From Laetmonice hystrix (lineage: Eukaryota), in NCBI GenBank assembly GCA_965235115.1, contig OZ249440.1, positions 25,110,001 through 25,174,000 on the forward strand: a DNA stretch of 64,000 nucleotides, given 5' to 3'. Shown one piece after another: positions 21,655 through 34,920 of this stretch (positions are counted from its first letter, which is position 1; every line of letters starts with the position of its first letter). Under the pieces are notes generated by a model that was given only the letters and a program-made list of their open reading frames with translations, was not told where the DNA came from and searched no databases. The translations under genes and the position numbers were made by a program.

Positions 21655-22503
21655 CTTTGTATCTTTTAATAATGACTTTTAGATTTTAACTACAGAGGTG
21701 TAAGTTGACAGTGCGTAGTAGCATTTATTTTGGGTCACTCCTCACTTTACCTGGGGTGGTTTATGGTAAACAGACAGCACAGATCGTCCTATCTGTCAGA
21801 GTTGGCTGCGATCTCCCTAATAACCCGCTTGGGATGGGGTAATTTGGACAGCCAGGGTTCACGGCGTCCAGGGGGTAGGAAGGTAGGATGGTAGGATCGG
21901 CAGACGTACAAACTCTAGCCAGATCAGTGCACAAATACTGGAGGATGAAGCTGTGCTGTTGGCGGCCGGCTGACCGAGGTGAGGGGAGGGGAGGCCGGTA
22001 CCCGCGCCCCGCCTCAGACGGGAGCGGCTGTCGGCGGGCCGGGGGGTGGTACCCAGAGCCCGCCCGGGGGTACCTGGGCAGGTATCGGGTTTCACGCCCC
22101 ACCCCTCCTCCACGGTACAGAGAGGGGCCCAGATAGGAGGGGGTTACTGCATATTCCAAACTCTACTTGTACAACCCGACTCTTAATGTAGGGGAGGAGT
22201 CGTAACAGTATGGCTTAACATAGTTCACAATTTACATGGCTTAACATAGTTCACAATTTACATGTATACATGTTGTTGAAGGCATTTTAAAAACATTTAT
22301 TGAGAATGAAGGGGGAAGGTAGTAATTTGAAGGCAGCTTCAAAAATAAATTCCTTTGCACAGTTTACTGTAAAATCAGTAAGTCAAAATGATCATTTATG
22401 GCTTGAAAAAGAAAGGTATAGGTATGATGGCAAGGTAGTGGCAATGCAAGGTGTACCTCTGTCCACCTTTTAAAACTAGTCAGTAGTCACGATGTGTATT
22501 CAG

Positions 22504-22616
22504 GGCCCAGTTTTTTTCAGAATTCTCAAGTTGAGTAAAGCTTATACCTAAGTAAGTTACTTAAGTTTACTTAAGTAAGCTTTACTCAAGTTGAGAATTT
22601 TGAAAAAAACTGGGCC
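22504..22616. mobile_element. Palindromic MITE, same GGCCCAGTTT terminal type as the 1133 element
   Basis: Inverted arms of about 41 bp (ggcccagtttttttcagaattctcaagttgagtaaagctta); flanks CAG and GAG. Confidence 0.75.
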
Positions 22617-22893
22617 GAGGAGTACCTCTGTCCACCTGTACTATAAATACGGTGTGTATTCAGGTATAGGCACCTGGATTCACATCACGTTCACTGTTGC
22701 TACCTTCTTAGGTGGTTGGGAGATAGATCATAGTGAAAAAAATAAAAAAGAACTCCTTTGTTGCAACCACCGCCAGTGAAATAGGATCTTTTTTTTATCA
22801 CGTTTATAAATATGATAGAGGCAGTTTTCAGAGACAGATGCAGGAAGACTGTATGTGAAACCTGTTCACTGATAATCACTGAAATGTTTTTGA

Positions 22894-23630
22894 TATTGCT
22901 GCAGTAACCCCGACATTCATGAATAGATCCAGCAGTCATATATTATAGAGATTTTGAGAGAAACACTCAAAGTGAAACCTGTTCAATGATATGTTTTTGA
23001 TATTGCCGCAGTAACCCTGACATTCATGAATAGATCCAGCAGTCATATAATATAGAGATTTTGATATTGCCACAGTAACCCTGACATTCATGAATAGATC
23101 CAGCAGTCATATAATATAGAGATTTTGATATTGCCACAGTAACCCTGACATTCATGAATAGATCCAGCAGTCATATAATATAGAGATTTTGATATTGCCA
23201 CAGTAACCCTGACATTCATGAATACATCCAGCAGTCATATAATATAGAGATTTTGATATTGCCACAGTAACCCTGACATTCATGAATACATCCAGCAGTC
23301 ATATAATATAGAGATTTTGATATTGCCACAGTAACCCTGACATTCATGAATAGATCCAGCAGTCATATAATATAGAGATTTTGATATTGCCACAGTAACC
23401 CTGACATTCATGAATACATCCAGCAGTCATATAATATAGAGATTTTGATATTGCCACAGTAACCCTGACATTCATGAATACATCCAGCAGTCATATAATA
23501 TAGAGATTTTGATATTGCCACAGTAACCCTGACATTCATGAATAGATCCAGCAGTCATATAATATAGAGATTTTGATATTGCCACAGTAACCCTGACATT
23601 CATGAATAGATCCAGCAGTCATATGTTATA
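22894..23630. repeat. 64-bp minisatellite, about 11.5 copies
   Basis: atattgccacagtaaccctgacattcatgaatagatccagcagtcatataatatagagattttg repeated. Confidence 0.95.
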
Positions 23631-25268
23631 GAGAAATACTCGAGAACTTACTTTCATAGGATAGCTATGTCCGTGTAAATGCTATAAACTTGTTTGTGGC
23701 GCGCAGTTCGTCACGGTATGGCAGTTATGGACAGTGATTGCGTTCCTGGCCCAGGGAGTCCCGTCAGTGCCATCACGGCCCGGGTGGAGGTGATCAAATC
23801 TGGCCGTGGGACAGGGGCGCCGACACACTCCCATACACACACACACAAACATTCACAACCATCTAGAGCAGTTTGATCTGGAGCAGTGAGCAGAGAGAGA
23901 GACAGAGAGTGGGCAGGGAGGTGCCACCAACTATACCTGCGGGTACCATGAGCTACATACGGGTGTAGGGATAGTAGTCACTGTGTCACCGACTGGTTCT
24001 CAGTGCTCAATCATCCCGTCTACCGATGCCAGGTGAGACAGTGAGACCGTCTGGTCGGACCTCCCTCCGTCAACCAGCGAGGGGCGGCGGGGACAGATAC
24101 CAGATACCGATTACAACCCAGGTGTAACGAGTTAACATCACAGCAGTTACCCACCCACCCGGCATCCACCGACACACATTGTGGATTACCGTCTTACTGT
24201 CACTACTGATCCACTCAGCCACCGGCGGGTCCCCATTCAAATACTGGATCACGTTCTAACAGACAGGCAAGGATCATCACCACAGACATCGCAAAGTTCT
24301 ACGGACCGGGGTTTTTCTTCTACTCCCATCGAATACAATTACGAACGTGTGTCTGACTTCAACACTCGTCATGACAAAGGGCATTATCTAAGACAAAACT
24401 CACTTGGCAAGGCTGGTTCGGAGAAAGAGAGCGAGAGCAACCGAGGGTTGAGTGGTGAACCATTTGTATCTAATCAAGACAGTCCTGACTACTGAGTAAA
24501 CCCAATCTCAGGATCAGACACACCAAGGGTTGCTAACCTGCTACATTGGGTTTTCAGACACGGCCAGGCTGGCTTTTATATCATATTCAGACACGCCCAG
24601 TCCGGATTGGGACCCCAAAACGACCAATCTAACGGTGGAACGACCCAAGGCGTTTACTGACCTCAAACCCGGGCCAGAGCCAAGATCTCCGACGGGAGTA
24701 TTCAGTTGCCATCAGGTCAAACACTGAGTTTACGAAGTGAATTTGTTGTGGGATCATGAAATGACCTGTCAGGGATCCAGCAGGAGGCTTGCACAGTGTT
24801 GACATTAAAGTGACCAGTCATAAGATCTGTGTATGTTCTAGGCAGGATTGAGGATCAATTCATTCAGGCACTGACCATGCCTCAGTGACCATACTGATGA
24901 CCGGTGGCTACATTGAAGTCACTCCCCCAGTCACGTGATGCATACATGAATCCGTGTTCAGACAGTGGACTATTATAGAAAGTATGTCTGGTGGTGGGGC
25001 AGGTATTCCCGCAGTCAGTCTTGGCACAGTGACAGCGGAGAGCCAGGCCCCTCGGTCGGTATGTGGGTCAGATGGCGTAGAAGTGGCGGTGTCGTCATTA
25101 GGAGTAGGGAAGCGTGACTTGACTGAGGAGAGCCAAGCTACGTCGTCGTCGTCGTCGTCGTTGGTGTCTTCAGCATTGCCAGGTGAACGTGACAAACAGA
25201 CGGAAGGCCCCGCGGGCAGGTTGGATCCACGTGTCATTGTCTCCGCCCCAGGTCACCTCACGGTCACT

Positions 25269-27500
25269 ATGGGCAACGTGGAGGGTGGAGAAACAGACCC
25301 CCAGGGTCCTGTGGGAGCGGAGGGGTTGATCCCTTCACCACAGGGTGGTGGGCCGCTGACGTCGACAGGTGGGCAAGGTACGGGAGCCAGCGGGGAGGAG
25401 GCAGCCGCCGCCGCTATCCAGGTGGGACACACTGAGGATGACATGAAGTCGTCAGGGGATGAATTTGAGGACGCCGCTGATAGCTTTGTCTCAGGTCAGC
25501 CGTCAGAGGTCACTCCAGGGGTCAAAGGTCAAGTTGTAGGAGTAAAGTCGTCAGATGACGGGGAGGGTAGGACGGTTGGAGCGGAGCAAACAACTGCGAC
25601 ATCTGGGAAGGAAGGAGTTACCGTGAGTGACATGAACACATTAGGTGACACGCCACAGGCTGCAGTGGTCCGTGATAAACCTGGTGATGGTACAGAAACC
25701 GTCAAACCAAACACCATGGTGGGAAATGATCACACAGGTATGACCTATCAATCACCGGACGCAGCCCACCAATCAACTCAAGCTGCTGCTGGTGCTGCCA
25801 AGGCAACCCCCCAGGAAATCAGCCGATTGGAAACACCATCTGATGTGGAAGGTAACATTACGTCTGATGTTAGGGGTGAGCCAGGGGTTGGCGGCAGTGA
25901 TCACTGTATGGGTGATGTAGGGACTGGCGGGGAGGAGACCAAACAACCACACACTGGAGATAGCCAGGACGATGGTAAACAGGCAGCTCCGGTAGGTTCG
26001 GTTTCTCCAGGAGAGGAGACAAGAGCTACTACTGCTGCGCAGGTCGGTGCCAGTCATAACAACCCTGGAGGAGGTACTGGAGGTGGGGTAGGGTGTGAAC
26101 CGGCTACCCCCCACCAAACACCGACACCGCCGACTCACAGCGAACCACCCAACTGCGAACCACCCAACCAAGGGGCCCGGGATGACGGTGATCCTGAGGC
26201 TGGCTTTGTGTTTGGTGAACCTACTGGAACCGTAGTAGTTCCTGATAGTCCATCTCCAGTGGACAACTCTCAGTCCGAGTCTGAACCAGGTCTGTCGGAG
26301 GGTGGTCAGTCCGCCACCATGGTGCAGGAGTCGGTGACGTCAGGTAAGGCTGACCACAACCAGAACGTTGTGTCTGAGGTCACCGGCCCCCAGACCACCC
26401 CGGCCGTCCACAAGGAACCGCCGGCAGAGATCACCAATAGACCGTCCCCCGATACCAGAGGACGACGCCATGAGGACGCCCCACTCGCTAGGGGGTCATA
26501 CAACCTGGACTTCCTGGACCACATGGGGGACAACTTCAATCCCTTTGCCAGCAAACCAAAGGTGGCCACCACCCCGCCCCAGGGGCGCGGGTACCTGTCT
26601 GGTGACAAACCACCCGCCCTGTCTGACAGCTTTACAACGGAGCCCCAGCCTAGGGTCGTCCAGGCCTCCTGTCTGGAGTATAATCAAAATACAGTTGAGG
26701 TTTCAGGAGTTGAGGGAAAAGTGAAAAACCTAGGATCTGAAACCGAAAAAAATGATCAAGAGGAAGCAATCTTGCCTAAGTCCGCTGTGAGACTTGACAG
26801 TAAGGATGCTGGAGAAATAGGTTTTCAATCAGTGCCCCCTGGTGGTGATGGGGTATCACCAGCAGATGGCGCTGTCTCAGACACGGCACGAACACCGAAC
26901 TCTGCCCACGTGTCTGAATCCGTCTCACCGAGTCAAAACGACCGTGTCGATCAAAGTGAGGAGGCGACAAATCTCTGCGGATCTGACAGGGAGCAAATTG
27001 AAAAACAGCCAGCCCGGGGCAGTCCGGCGGAGCGGAGTGACAGAGGTCGTGACTTGGCGGGTCATCCGACAACTGATAGAGGATTACCTGGAGAAAATGA
27101 CAGTACACATGAACGTGTTGAGGAGAATGCACATGAACGTGTTGAGGAGAATGTATTGGGAGTACGTGATGGTGGCGGGAAGAAGGATGTCCCTGCCTCC
27201 ACGGAGCAGGGCCTGCAGGAGGATGGAGATGGGGAGACTCCTGTCAGTGCCTCATCACAGGGAGGGCGTCCTACTAATGGGGAGCCATCCAGGGTGGGCG
27301 CTGGGGGTGATGACGCCCAGAATGAAGGTACCAGGGAGGATGTCTCCAGGGGTGAGCAGGAGTTACCTGGAGGAGAACGTGTCCCCAGGGGTGAGCAGGA
27401 GTTACCTGGGGGAGAACGTGTCCCCAGGGATGACCAGGAGTTACCTGGGGGAGAAGGTGGAGAGAGGCAGGTAGATCTCCGCGGGGAAACACCCACCCAG
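25269..27500 (+). CDS. TACC: TACC variable exon starting MGNVEGG (744 codons) with its own SDP-type motif, ending in a phase-0 donor
   Basis: Motif ARGSYNLDFLDHMGDNFNPFASKPKVATTPP (26484-26579) resembles the TACC SDP repeat; donor CAG|GTACGT at 27500/27501 is in phase with the acceptor at 39962; acceptor tcattgtctccgccccag| at 25251. The frame is also open upstream to 24954 (in-frame ATG at 24984). Confidence 0.8.
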
Positions 27501-28544
27501 GTACGTGACACTCTACCAGGTACTATTCGGATAGTCACCAGCCTAAACCGTCAAAAACAGGTTTATTTTGAATAAGGTACAGGGAAAAAATCCTCTATTG
27601 AAATAAGGTGTTCATTTTCCCAATGGTTTTGAATTTGAAGAAATCCGATCCTTTTAAAAGAAGTACCATGTATTCAGATCTGAGAAGCCAAACTCTCGCA
27701 CTCGATTATATATAAATTATATCCATTATATCCTTTCTCCAGCACCACAATCCGGCCAGCACGATCAATGCCCGCTCCCTATTCTATACCTCTGTGTGAG
27801 GTATATTTGCACACAGGTCATTCTGTCCCACACAACTAGTCATATAGCCAGTCATGCATGGGGAGGGAGTCGAGGTTGACTTGAAAAGGGAAGCTCGGCC
27901 GGGGGGGGGGGGGGGGTGCCGAGCCTGACAGGAGAAAGGGTTTGGTTCAACTGGTGGCTTGTTTGTTGTTGAGCAAGGGCTGTCAGCTGATAGACACAGC
28001 TGACAGCCCTTACAGCTGTCCTCATTTACTTCCAGCTGTATGTTTAGCTGTGAGTGATGGAGTTACTGGCCAGCTTCTAGTTCAACCACAGACTGGTTTT
28101 AGCCTTGCATCTGTCCTGTTGGTTGACCTCCCTACTTACTGCTACTCTGCTGAAGTTGATCTCTTCTCTGATCCCTACTCTGAAGTTAGATTTTATGAAG
28201 GAGTTTGTAAAGAAAATGAATTGAAAGCTTGTCTCTGAACGACGTACAGATCAAAAGACATGTTATTTGAGCTTGAGTGGACTTGTATAATCAGTCGTAG
28301 CTTTTTGTTTATTTTTTTCCTTGTTTGCTTTCAGTATATAGATCACAGATATATATCATGCTGTTCTTAAAAGAAGCGCAAAAAGTTGAAGGCCTATCTT
28401 TTGGAAGGGAGGGGGTGAGAAATTTCTAAGGTAATTTACAGTATTTAACCAGTGAATGTAATGTATGACCCCAATAGATTGCGTACTCGGTAGGAATATA
28501 AATAATGTGAAGGTCTTGTATTCGAATTAACCCTGATCATAGAA

Positions 28545-28799
28545 CAGGGTTCCCAGCCACTCTGGAAATCTCTCCTAAAAACTCTCAAAAAAACTCGGGG
28601 AAAACTCAGGGAATTTAACAGTGCGAGACTAATTTGTAGAGTGGCTCTTTAGTGTTTATACAGTGTGAAGAATACACCTCTCTAGACCATTATAGTCGGC
28701 TATGCTCTCTATAAAACACAGAATATTTCTCATGGAATTTTGGAAGTTTCTCAGGGAAAACTCAGGGATTTTGATTTTCACAAAATGCTGGAAACCGTG
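28545..28799. mobile_element. hAT-like MITE (CAGGGTTCCCAG termini)
   Basis: Imperfect TIRs cagggttcccag / ctggaaaccgtg; subterminal repeats ctcagggaa; no clean TSD. Confidence 0.55.
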
Positions 28800-29745
28800 G
28801 AGAAGGTGGGCCTGAGTGGGAGTGAACGACCAGTGTTCAGTGTTCACGGCCAGTGTTCACTCGGTGTGTGCTGTCAGCCGTGACTGGGGCCTACCGACTC
28901 GCCTGCCTGCCTACCGATCAGTACTCACATTCCGGGACATCAAACGATCCTCAACATGTAGCTGTGGGACCCAGGTCGAGATCAGGTGGTGTTACATTGT
29001 GACAGCGGGTGGGGGGTGGGGGCAGGCAGCTGTGAAAATACCCATAGATCCTTGAAGGTTGGCTCTGACTAATTACACGGTCAGGCAGTGAGAGGAATGT
29101 ATGCCAGGAATTTACCATACATTTTACATAATTGATTGCACGTGATGAGGTGGTGTGCAGTATGGTAAATGAAGATACAACTTTTTCTTATGTAATGGAT
29201 ACACGACCCAGTTCCGACAGAAGCGTGACTATGAAAATACCGCTGTAACTTTTACTCACCTGTTTAAATCAGGAGGCATACCTATAAAATGCCGGAGTCA
29301 GAATTTGATGAGGTTTTGGTGGAACGTTCCAGGTCGTACACAACTTTTAGTGATGGTTCCAACTTGGCTGGTGTATAGAAATATCCTACCTGTCTGACAT
29401 TTTACAGCAGTTCACTTCACATACATCAGTTCTGAACTCTGCTCAGTCAGCAGTTCCAACGAGTCTATGGGCACTCATCTTGGCCGCTTGAAAAAGATGT
29501 GAGCCAGTACATGTTTTATAGGGGGTCTGTGAAGTATGCCCCTCCCCCTCCCCTCCAGACCACTAGGGACCCCACGGGTGGGGGAGGGGTGCGGAGGGGA
29601 GGGATTGGACTGTAGGGGCCGGAAGGTAGCTCAAACTTTCTGAAGCCTGGTTAAGTTTTTAAGTGAAAACTTATAAAGGTTGTACATGTCCTAAAGTTCG
29701 CTTCAACTCTGAGCTGTTACTAAGTAAGCCCCGGTAAACTAAAAG

Positions 29746-31216
29746 CAGGGATGAAAGTTTTCAGGAAATTTCCTGAAATCAGGAAATTTGAAAAAATCCC
29801 CCCCCCCCCCAAGAAATAACACCCAAAAAAGGAAATAGGCCTAGATCTATAGGCAAAAGAGGTAGGCCTAAGCCAAGGCTAAGTATTGCCCTGGACTGTG
29901 TGGTGGGCAATTAATATCAAATGAAACAATATCCCCTTCCAGGACGTTTTTTAACACCATGCAGCTCAATATATCTCTACCTGCCAAAGTTCGTTTATAG
30001 ATGGGGATATTAGAGTGTCTCAAACCCGTTCAGTGTCACGGGTGCCACCGTGCATAGGCCGGTCTGCCGGGGGTGCTGGTCCCTGTAGCTGTGGTGACAT
30101 CGCTCACATAGACCGGCCCGCGTGGGCTGACTTCTACCGGCACGCGGTGGCGTCTGTCCCGTCTGGCAGGCACGGCCCCGTGTCGCTGTGGTGAGAGCGA
30201 CTCACCTCAGGTAATGACTTCAGGCAAAATTGATGGTCAGGCAGCTGCGAAGCCCGTTGATTCAGGCTTGCCATTATGCCATATCCATGCGCGAATTTTG
30301 CCTGAGCGCTCACTTAGTGAACGAGACTATAGTATAGACAGACCGGTCTGTCTAGTCCCGGCGTTGGTGATAGTGATTAGGCTGACGAACTATGCACCAT
30401 CACAATGTCACTCCTCACAGGAAACTGGGTCAATTTAGTTCTATGAATCTGCCTAGTATATATGTCAGTAAGTTCTCATAATGTGTTCTTGCATATAAAT
30501 TTGAGGATAGTGGCATTACGTAAGTGGTTTTCACTGAAGTTTTGGGGTTGTCAGGACTTTTCATTACATTTGTCGATCAGTGCAGGTGTCCTGATAAGAC
30601 CGGAAGTGACAATTTTCACAACAACATGAGTGGCACATGGACACACGGGCTGAACCACTCGACTCAGCGAAGCCTGTGTTGCTTGGCTGAGAGCCGCTGA
30701 GGGTCGTGACTGCTGAGGGTCAAGACTGATGGACAGCCTGTGTGGTCAGTCTAACACATGGAAGCTGTTTGACAACGTAATCGGTTGCATTTTGGACGCT
30801 AAAAGCCGACTGGATTCCAATGTTGGAGAGAGACGGCAGAGCCAGGCAGAGGTTGACATGCACTGACTGTGACTGAGTGACAGGCAAGCAACAGCCTTGA
30901 ACAGGGGCATGGACTGATGAGTGATGGAGTCTATCCAGCAAATTTGCAGGGGTGGGGGGTTGAGGGGGGGTGGGGTGGGGGGGGGGGTGGCGACTAAATA
31001 CTGAGGGCTAGGCCCTATAATATATAATAGCTATAGGGGGCCTTATCGGATCATGATTGTCTGCTGTTCCTAGCCTGACTTTTTTTAAGGGGGGGGGGGG
31101 GGGGGGGTAAGCCTTGGATGTGCGCATGAACAAATATTAATTATGGACATTGGCCCCCGCCGCTCCCCCCCGGTCAGGATTTCAGGAAATTTTACAGCTG
31201 GCCACTTTCATCCCTG
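29746..31216. mobile_element. Non-autonomous hAT-like element (1471 bp) with 6-bp TSD
   Basis: TIR CAGGGATGAAAGT / ACTTTCATCCCTG; TAAAAG on both flanks; subterminal TCAGGAAATTT repeats at both ends; no transposase ORF. Confidence 0.75.
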
Positions 31217-31578
31217 TAAAAGGGATTATTTGTATTCCTGAATGAAGTTATTTTGAGTCCCCCATTAACGAGATTACATGTCCCCAAATGGCGTTTATTT
31301 TGTATCCCCTTGGCTGTGACCAGCCGAGGTCATCGCGGCGTCTGACTGACCCGGGGTCATGATACTGACCTCAGGTCAACATGCTTACCGCTGTGTATTC
31401 ATTAATAGCTGACCCGTAAACCCACATATGTTGGCAGTTGGTGTACATATGAAGTCATGCCAGGTGAGGAGTGATCCAAAGTTTTAACACCTGTGTACAT
31501 TCACGTATTGACACATATATAACCCATCCTGTGGTAGGTTCAGGGTTACGTATTGGAAACCAAGGGAGTTATACATAA

Positions 31579-31927
31579 GGCCACTTAAAATTAATAAATT
31601 GTTTTACATGACTCCAACTTCTGAAATGTTGGTGAGTAGGGCATTTTATATTTTATATTTTATATTTTTCCTCGACAAGAAGAAGGACAGCAGAGATCAC
31701 CAATACTGGAAAAATACTTTTAATTTCTCAATATCTCAACATTTGTACAGCCCTTCTATACCTTGAGGGTCACTTTAACTGTAACACCCTGACAGAACTG
31801 TGGGAGACGGTTTTGGGGATGAAAAAAACAGACTTTTTGAAAAATATAAAATATAAAAAAAATCGAGGCGGCACCAAAAAATTGAGGCGGCCGGCCATGT
31901 AAAACAATTTATTAATTTTAGGTGGCC
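31579..31927. mobile_element. PIF/Harbinger-like MITE with TAA TSD
   Basis: TIR ggccac(t/c)taaaattaataaattgttttacatg; TAA on both flanks. Confidence 0.8.
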
Positions 31928-32531
31928 TAATGATCTGTAGTGTGTAGTTACTCTATATTCTATGCTACAGGAAGAGGTCAAACAGTCGGACACGTTTAGT
32001 CTTAAGGATTCATGTAATCCTCATTGAAGTGCACTTTTATAGAAACCTCTGCATAATTTATGATTCGGATTGGAGTTTTTAAATGCTCCCTGGAAGGAAC
32101 TCTTGGAAGCAATTATTATATCATTATATGCTATCTGACAGGGCATGACCCGGTTTGAGAGCCAGCCACGTGTGTGTGAGCGTGTGTGACGGCGCGTTCT
32201 CCACCCCCTGACGAGTTCTCCCCTCCACCCCCTACCCCCAGCCACCCCCACCCGGGGCCCCCTGCTCACAGGTGGTGTCCAGTTACCCACGCCCCCATTT
32301 ACTGTGTCAGCTGCTGTAGAAATAGTCGGCGGGTACAGACGGGGGTCCAGTGCTGCACCGTGGACCGATCTCTGAGTGAGAGTCGGGCTGTGGGCACGTA
32401 CAGCAGTGTCCAGTCAGTCAGTGGGTACACGGCCCAGGTGGACGGACCGGCTGGGAGGGAGTGCTCTATGGGATATTGTCACGTCATAGCCCGCCAGTCC
32501 CACACACGGTGACAGTAGGACCAGGTCAGGG

Positions 32532-32558
32532 ATGGCCATGTACAGGAGCACTGCGCAG
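32532..32558 (+). CDS. TACC: Candidate short alternative first coding exon (MAMYRSTAQ)
   Basis: Good Kozak context GGGATGG; 9 codons then CAG|GTAACT, a phase-0 donor compatible with the acceptor at 39962; preceded by a GC-rich UTR-like tract. Confidence 0.4.
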
Positions 32559-32644
32559 GTAACTGTCGGGTTTCTTATCTCGGAATCAGGGCTGTTTATC
32601 TTCGCTGAATCTCACTTCTAAATACTTTTTATCAAAGTGAGCGA

Positions 32645-33240
32645 TCAGGCAGTGAGGGACATTGTACTTGGAGGTCCTGTTTGTAGAGAGACACCAACCC
32701 GGCATGGATCAGGCAGTGAGGGGTTGTTGTACTTGGAGGTCCTGTTTGTAGAGGGACACCACCAGCATGGATCAGGCAGTGAGGGGTTGTTGTACTGGAG
32801 GTCCTGTTTGTAGAGGGACACCAACCCGGCATGGATCAGGCAGTGACGGGTTGTTGTACTTGGAGGTCCTGTTTGTAGAGGGACACCACCAGCATGGATC
32901 AGGCAGTGAGGGGTTGTTGTACTGGAGGTCCTGTTTGTAGAGGGACACCACCAGCATGGATCAGGCAGTGAGGGGTTGTTGTACTTGGAGGTCCTGTTTT
33001 TAGAGGGACACCACCAGCATGGATCAGACAGTGAGGGGTTGTTGTACATGGAGGCCCTGTTTTTAGAGGGACACCAACCCGGCATGGATCAGGCAGTGAG
33101 GTTCCTGTTTGTAGAGGGACACCAACCCGGCATGGATCAGGCAGTGAGGGTCCTGTTTTTAGAGGGACACCAACCCGGCAGTGACAGGGTTGTACTTGGA
33201 GGTCCTGTTTGTAGAGGGACACCAAGCCGGCAGTGACGGG
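32645..33240. repeat. Minisatellite with 62-64-bp units
   Basis: ggatcaggcagtgaggggttgttgtacttggaggtcctgtttgtagagggacaccaccagcat variants. Confidence 0.95.
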
Positions 33241-34893
33241 TAGTTGCAGGGCCCTGTTATCACGTGAGAGATTGGCCTACGATACCGGAGCGGTAGTAAC
33301 CCGTGTTATACCCCGGAGTTGGTCAAATCACTTCCACGTGTGAGGACAGAGACTGGGTCAGGGTGTGTCCCAGACGTGAGGCCGATGACTGATTATAGCA
33401 GGGAGTTGTAAAGGTAGTGGTAAACTCGGGATAGACAGAGTGGGAACTTTTCCCCCCAGATCGTTGTGACAATGATTATTTTCTCAGACACAGAACAGAA
33501 TGTTACCATCATTATGTAGTCCTACTGTCCCCACGATCCGTATATAATCACAATGATACAACCCCAGCGGGCATACCGTGCTGGTTTTACTGAGGAGTGG
33601 GTCCATCCGTTAAACCGTTGGTTGAACCAGGTCCTACACCAATGGTCCCCGAGGGCTGCCCATGTACACGACTCTGTGCCAGTGGATGGTAGAGGCCAGG
33701 TGACTGTAAATATTGACAGTGCTTGGCATGTATATACTTCAGACAGGCGGAGTCATCGTTCAGCTTAGTGTAAAGGCGATATTTGGGACAACCCTGGCCC
33801 GTATCCTTGGGTTGTGGAGGACTCGTACTGGCAGGGAGTCTGGCTACCCCACTCTGCTCGGGTAGGCCTAGTAATACATGTACTATGTAGGACTTCACAT
33901 ATTCCTGCTGCAATATCATGAACTGCAAACTCTGCTCAATAACCCGGAAAGGCTAGTACAATTATACAGAATAAGATACATTTAGGAGTAAACATTTCTT
34001 TAGTTTTATGTATTATCTATAGCCAAATATAAACCACTGAATTTGGTAGAAGTACAATCTTTTCTCATTATGCTGACTTGCATCAATTCGCGCATAGGGG
34101 ATTTTCGTAAAGCTGCGTTGAAAAGCGCTTTGAACAGGAAGAGTTAAAGACATTTATAAACACCAGATGGCAGCAGCGGGACTCTCGTTGAAGGTGACTG
34201 GATCTGGAAGAATTGTTAGAAATAAAAGCAGACTTTGAAAAAGAGGTATGTCATGAAATTGAATGCTTCCGACTCAATCCAGAGAACGAACTTACAGGGT
34301 TCTCTTCTCTTCAACATTGAGTTTTTCCTTCAGAGGAGTTATTTAAAGGTCATTCATGAGAGACATAAACATTGAGTATTATGTCGGTATAGCGATGTCA
34401 ATCATTGTTTTGCTTGTTTATTTTTCACTTTGTAGCCTGTAGTATATTTGTTAAGGTATCGCGGTAATAAGTGCAGGAATATCCCAGTGGAGGGGGAGGC
34501 GGGGGGGGGGGGGGGGGGCTGGCAGCTGGTGTAGGGGCGTCTACCGGGAATCGTTTAGTCATGGATGTTTTCACACAGCTGGGAACAGGGGTCCTGCTCT
34601 TGGAATCAGGGCTCACTCGGACCCCCCCCCCCCACTCCCAGAGGAAGGAGTGCTCTCGGCCCCCCCCCCCTCCCAGAGGAAGGAGTGCTCTCGGCCCCTC
34701 ACCACTTGGTAACGGCAGTGATAACTGTTGATGAGAACGTGATCCCGGTACTAATATCTCGTGGATCCTTGATGGTCCCAATGTCTGGGACAGGGAGGGA
34801 GTGATCACTAGGTGGTCGATAAATAGCCATGTGCTAATTAAAACTACCGCCTCCCTACAGGAGACAGAGGGTTGATTTTCTATACTCTACCAG

Positions 34894-34920
34894 AGGTCAG
34901 AGGTCAGGGGTGAAAGGTCA
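34894..34920 (+). promoter_or_regulatory. Four nuclear-receptor hexamers spaced by 1 nt (chained DR1)
   Basis: AGGTCA g AGGTCA g GGGTGA a AGGTCA. Confidence 0.35.

Noticed and set aside
22894-23630. Regular repeat arrays that could be mistaken for CRISPR
   Set aside because: Head-to-tail units with no unique spacers, eukaryotic context and no cas genes.
24181-24727. Short coding-like ORFs upstream of the MGNVEGG exon
   Set aside because: Broken by stops with no usable splice pair; more likely 5'UTR or decayed sequence.
34130-34320. Coding-like stretch (LDLEELLEIKADFEKE) with donor GAG|GTATGT
   Set aside because: In-frame stops just upstream, and no clear acceptor or start; probably a decayed fragment.
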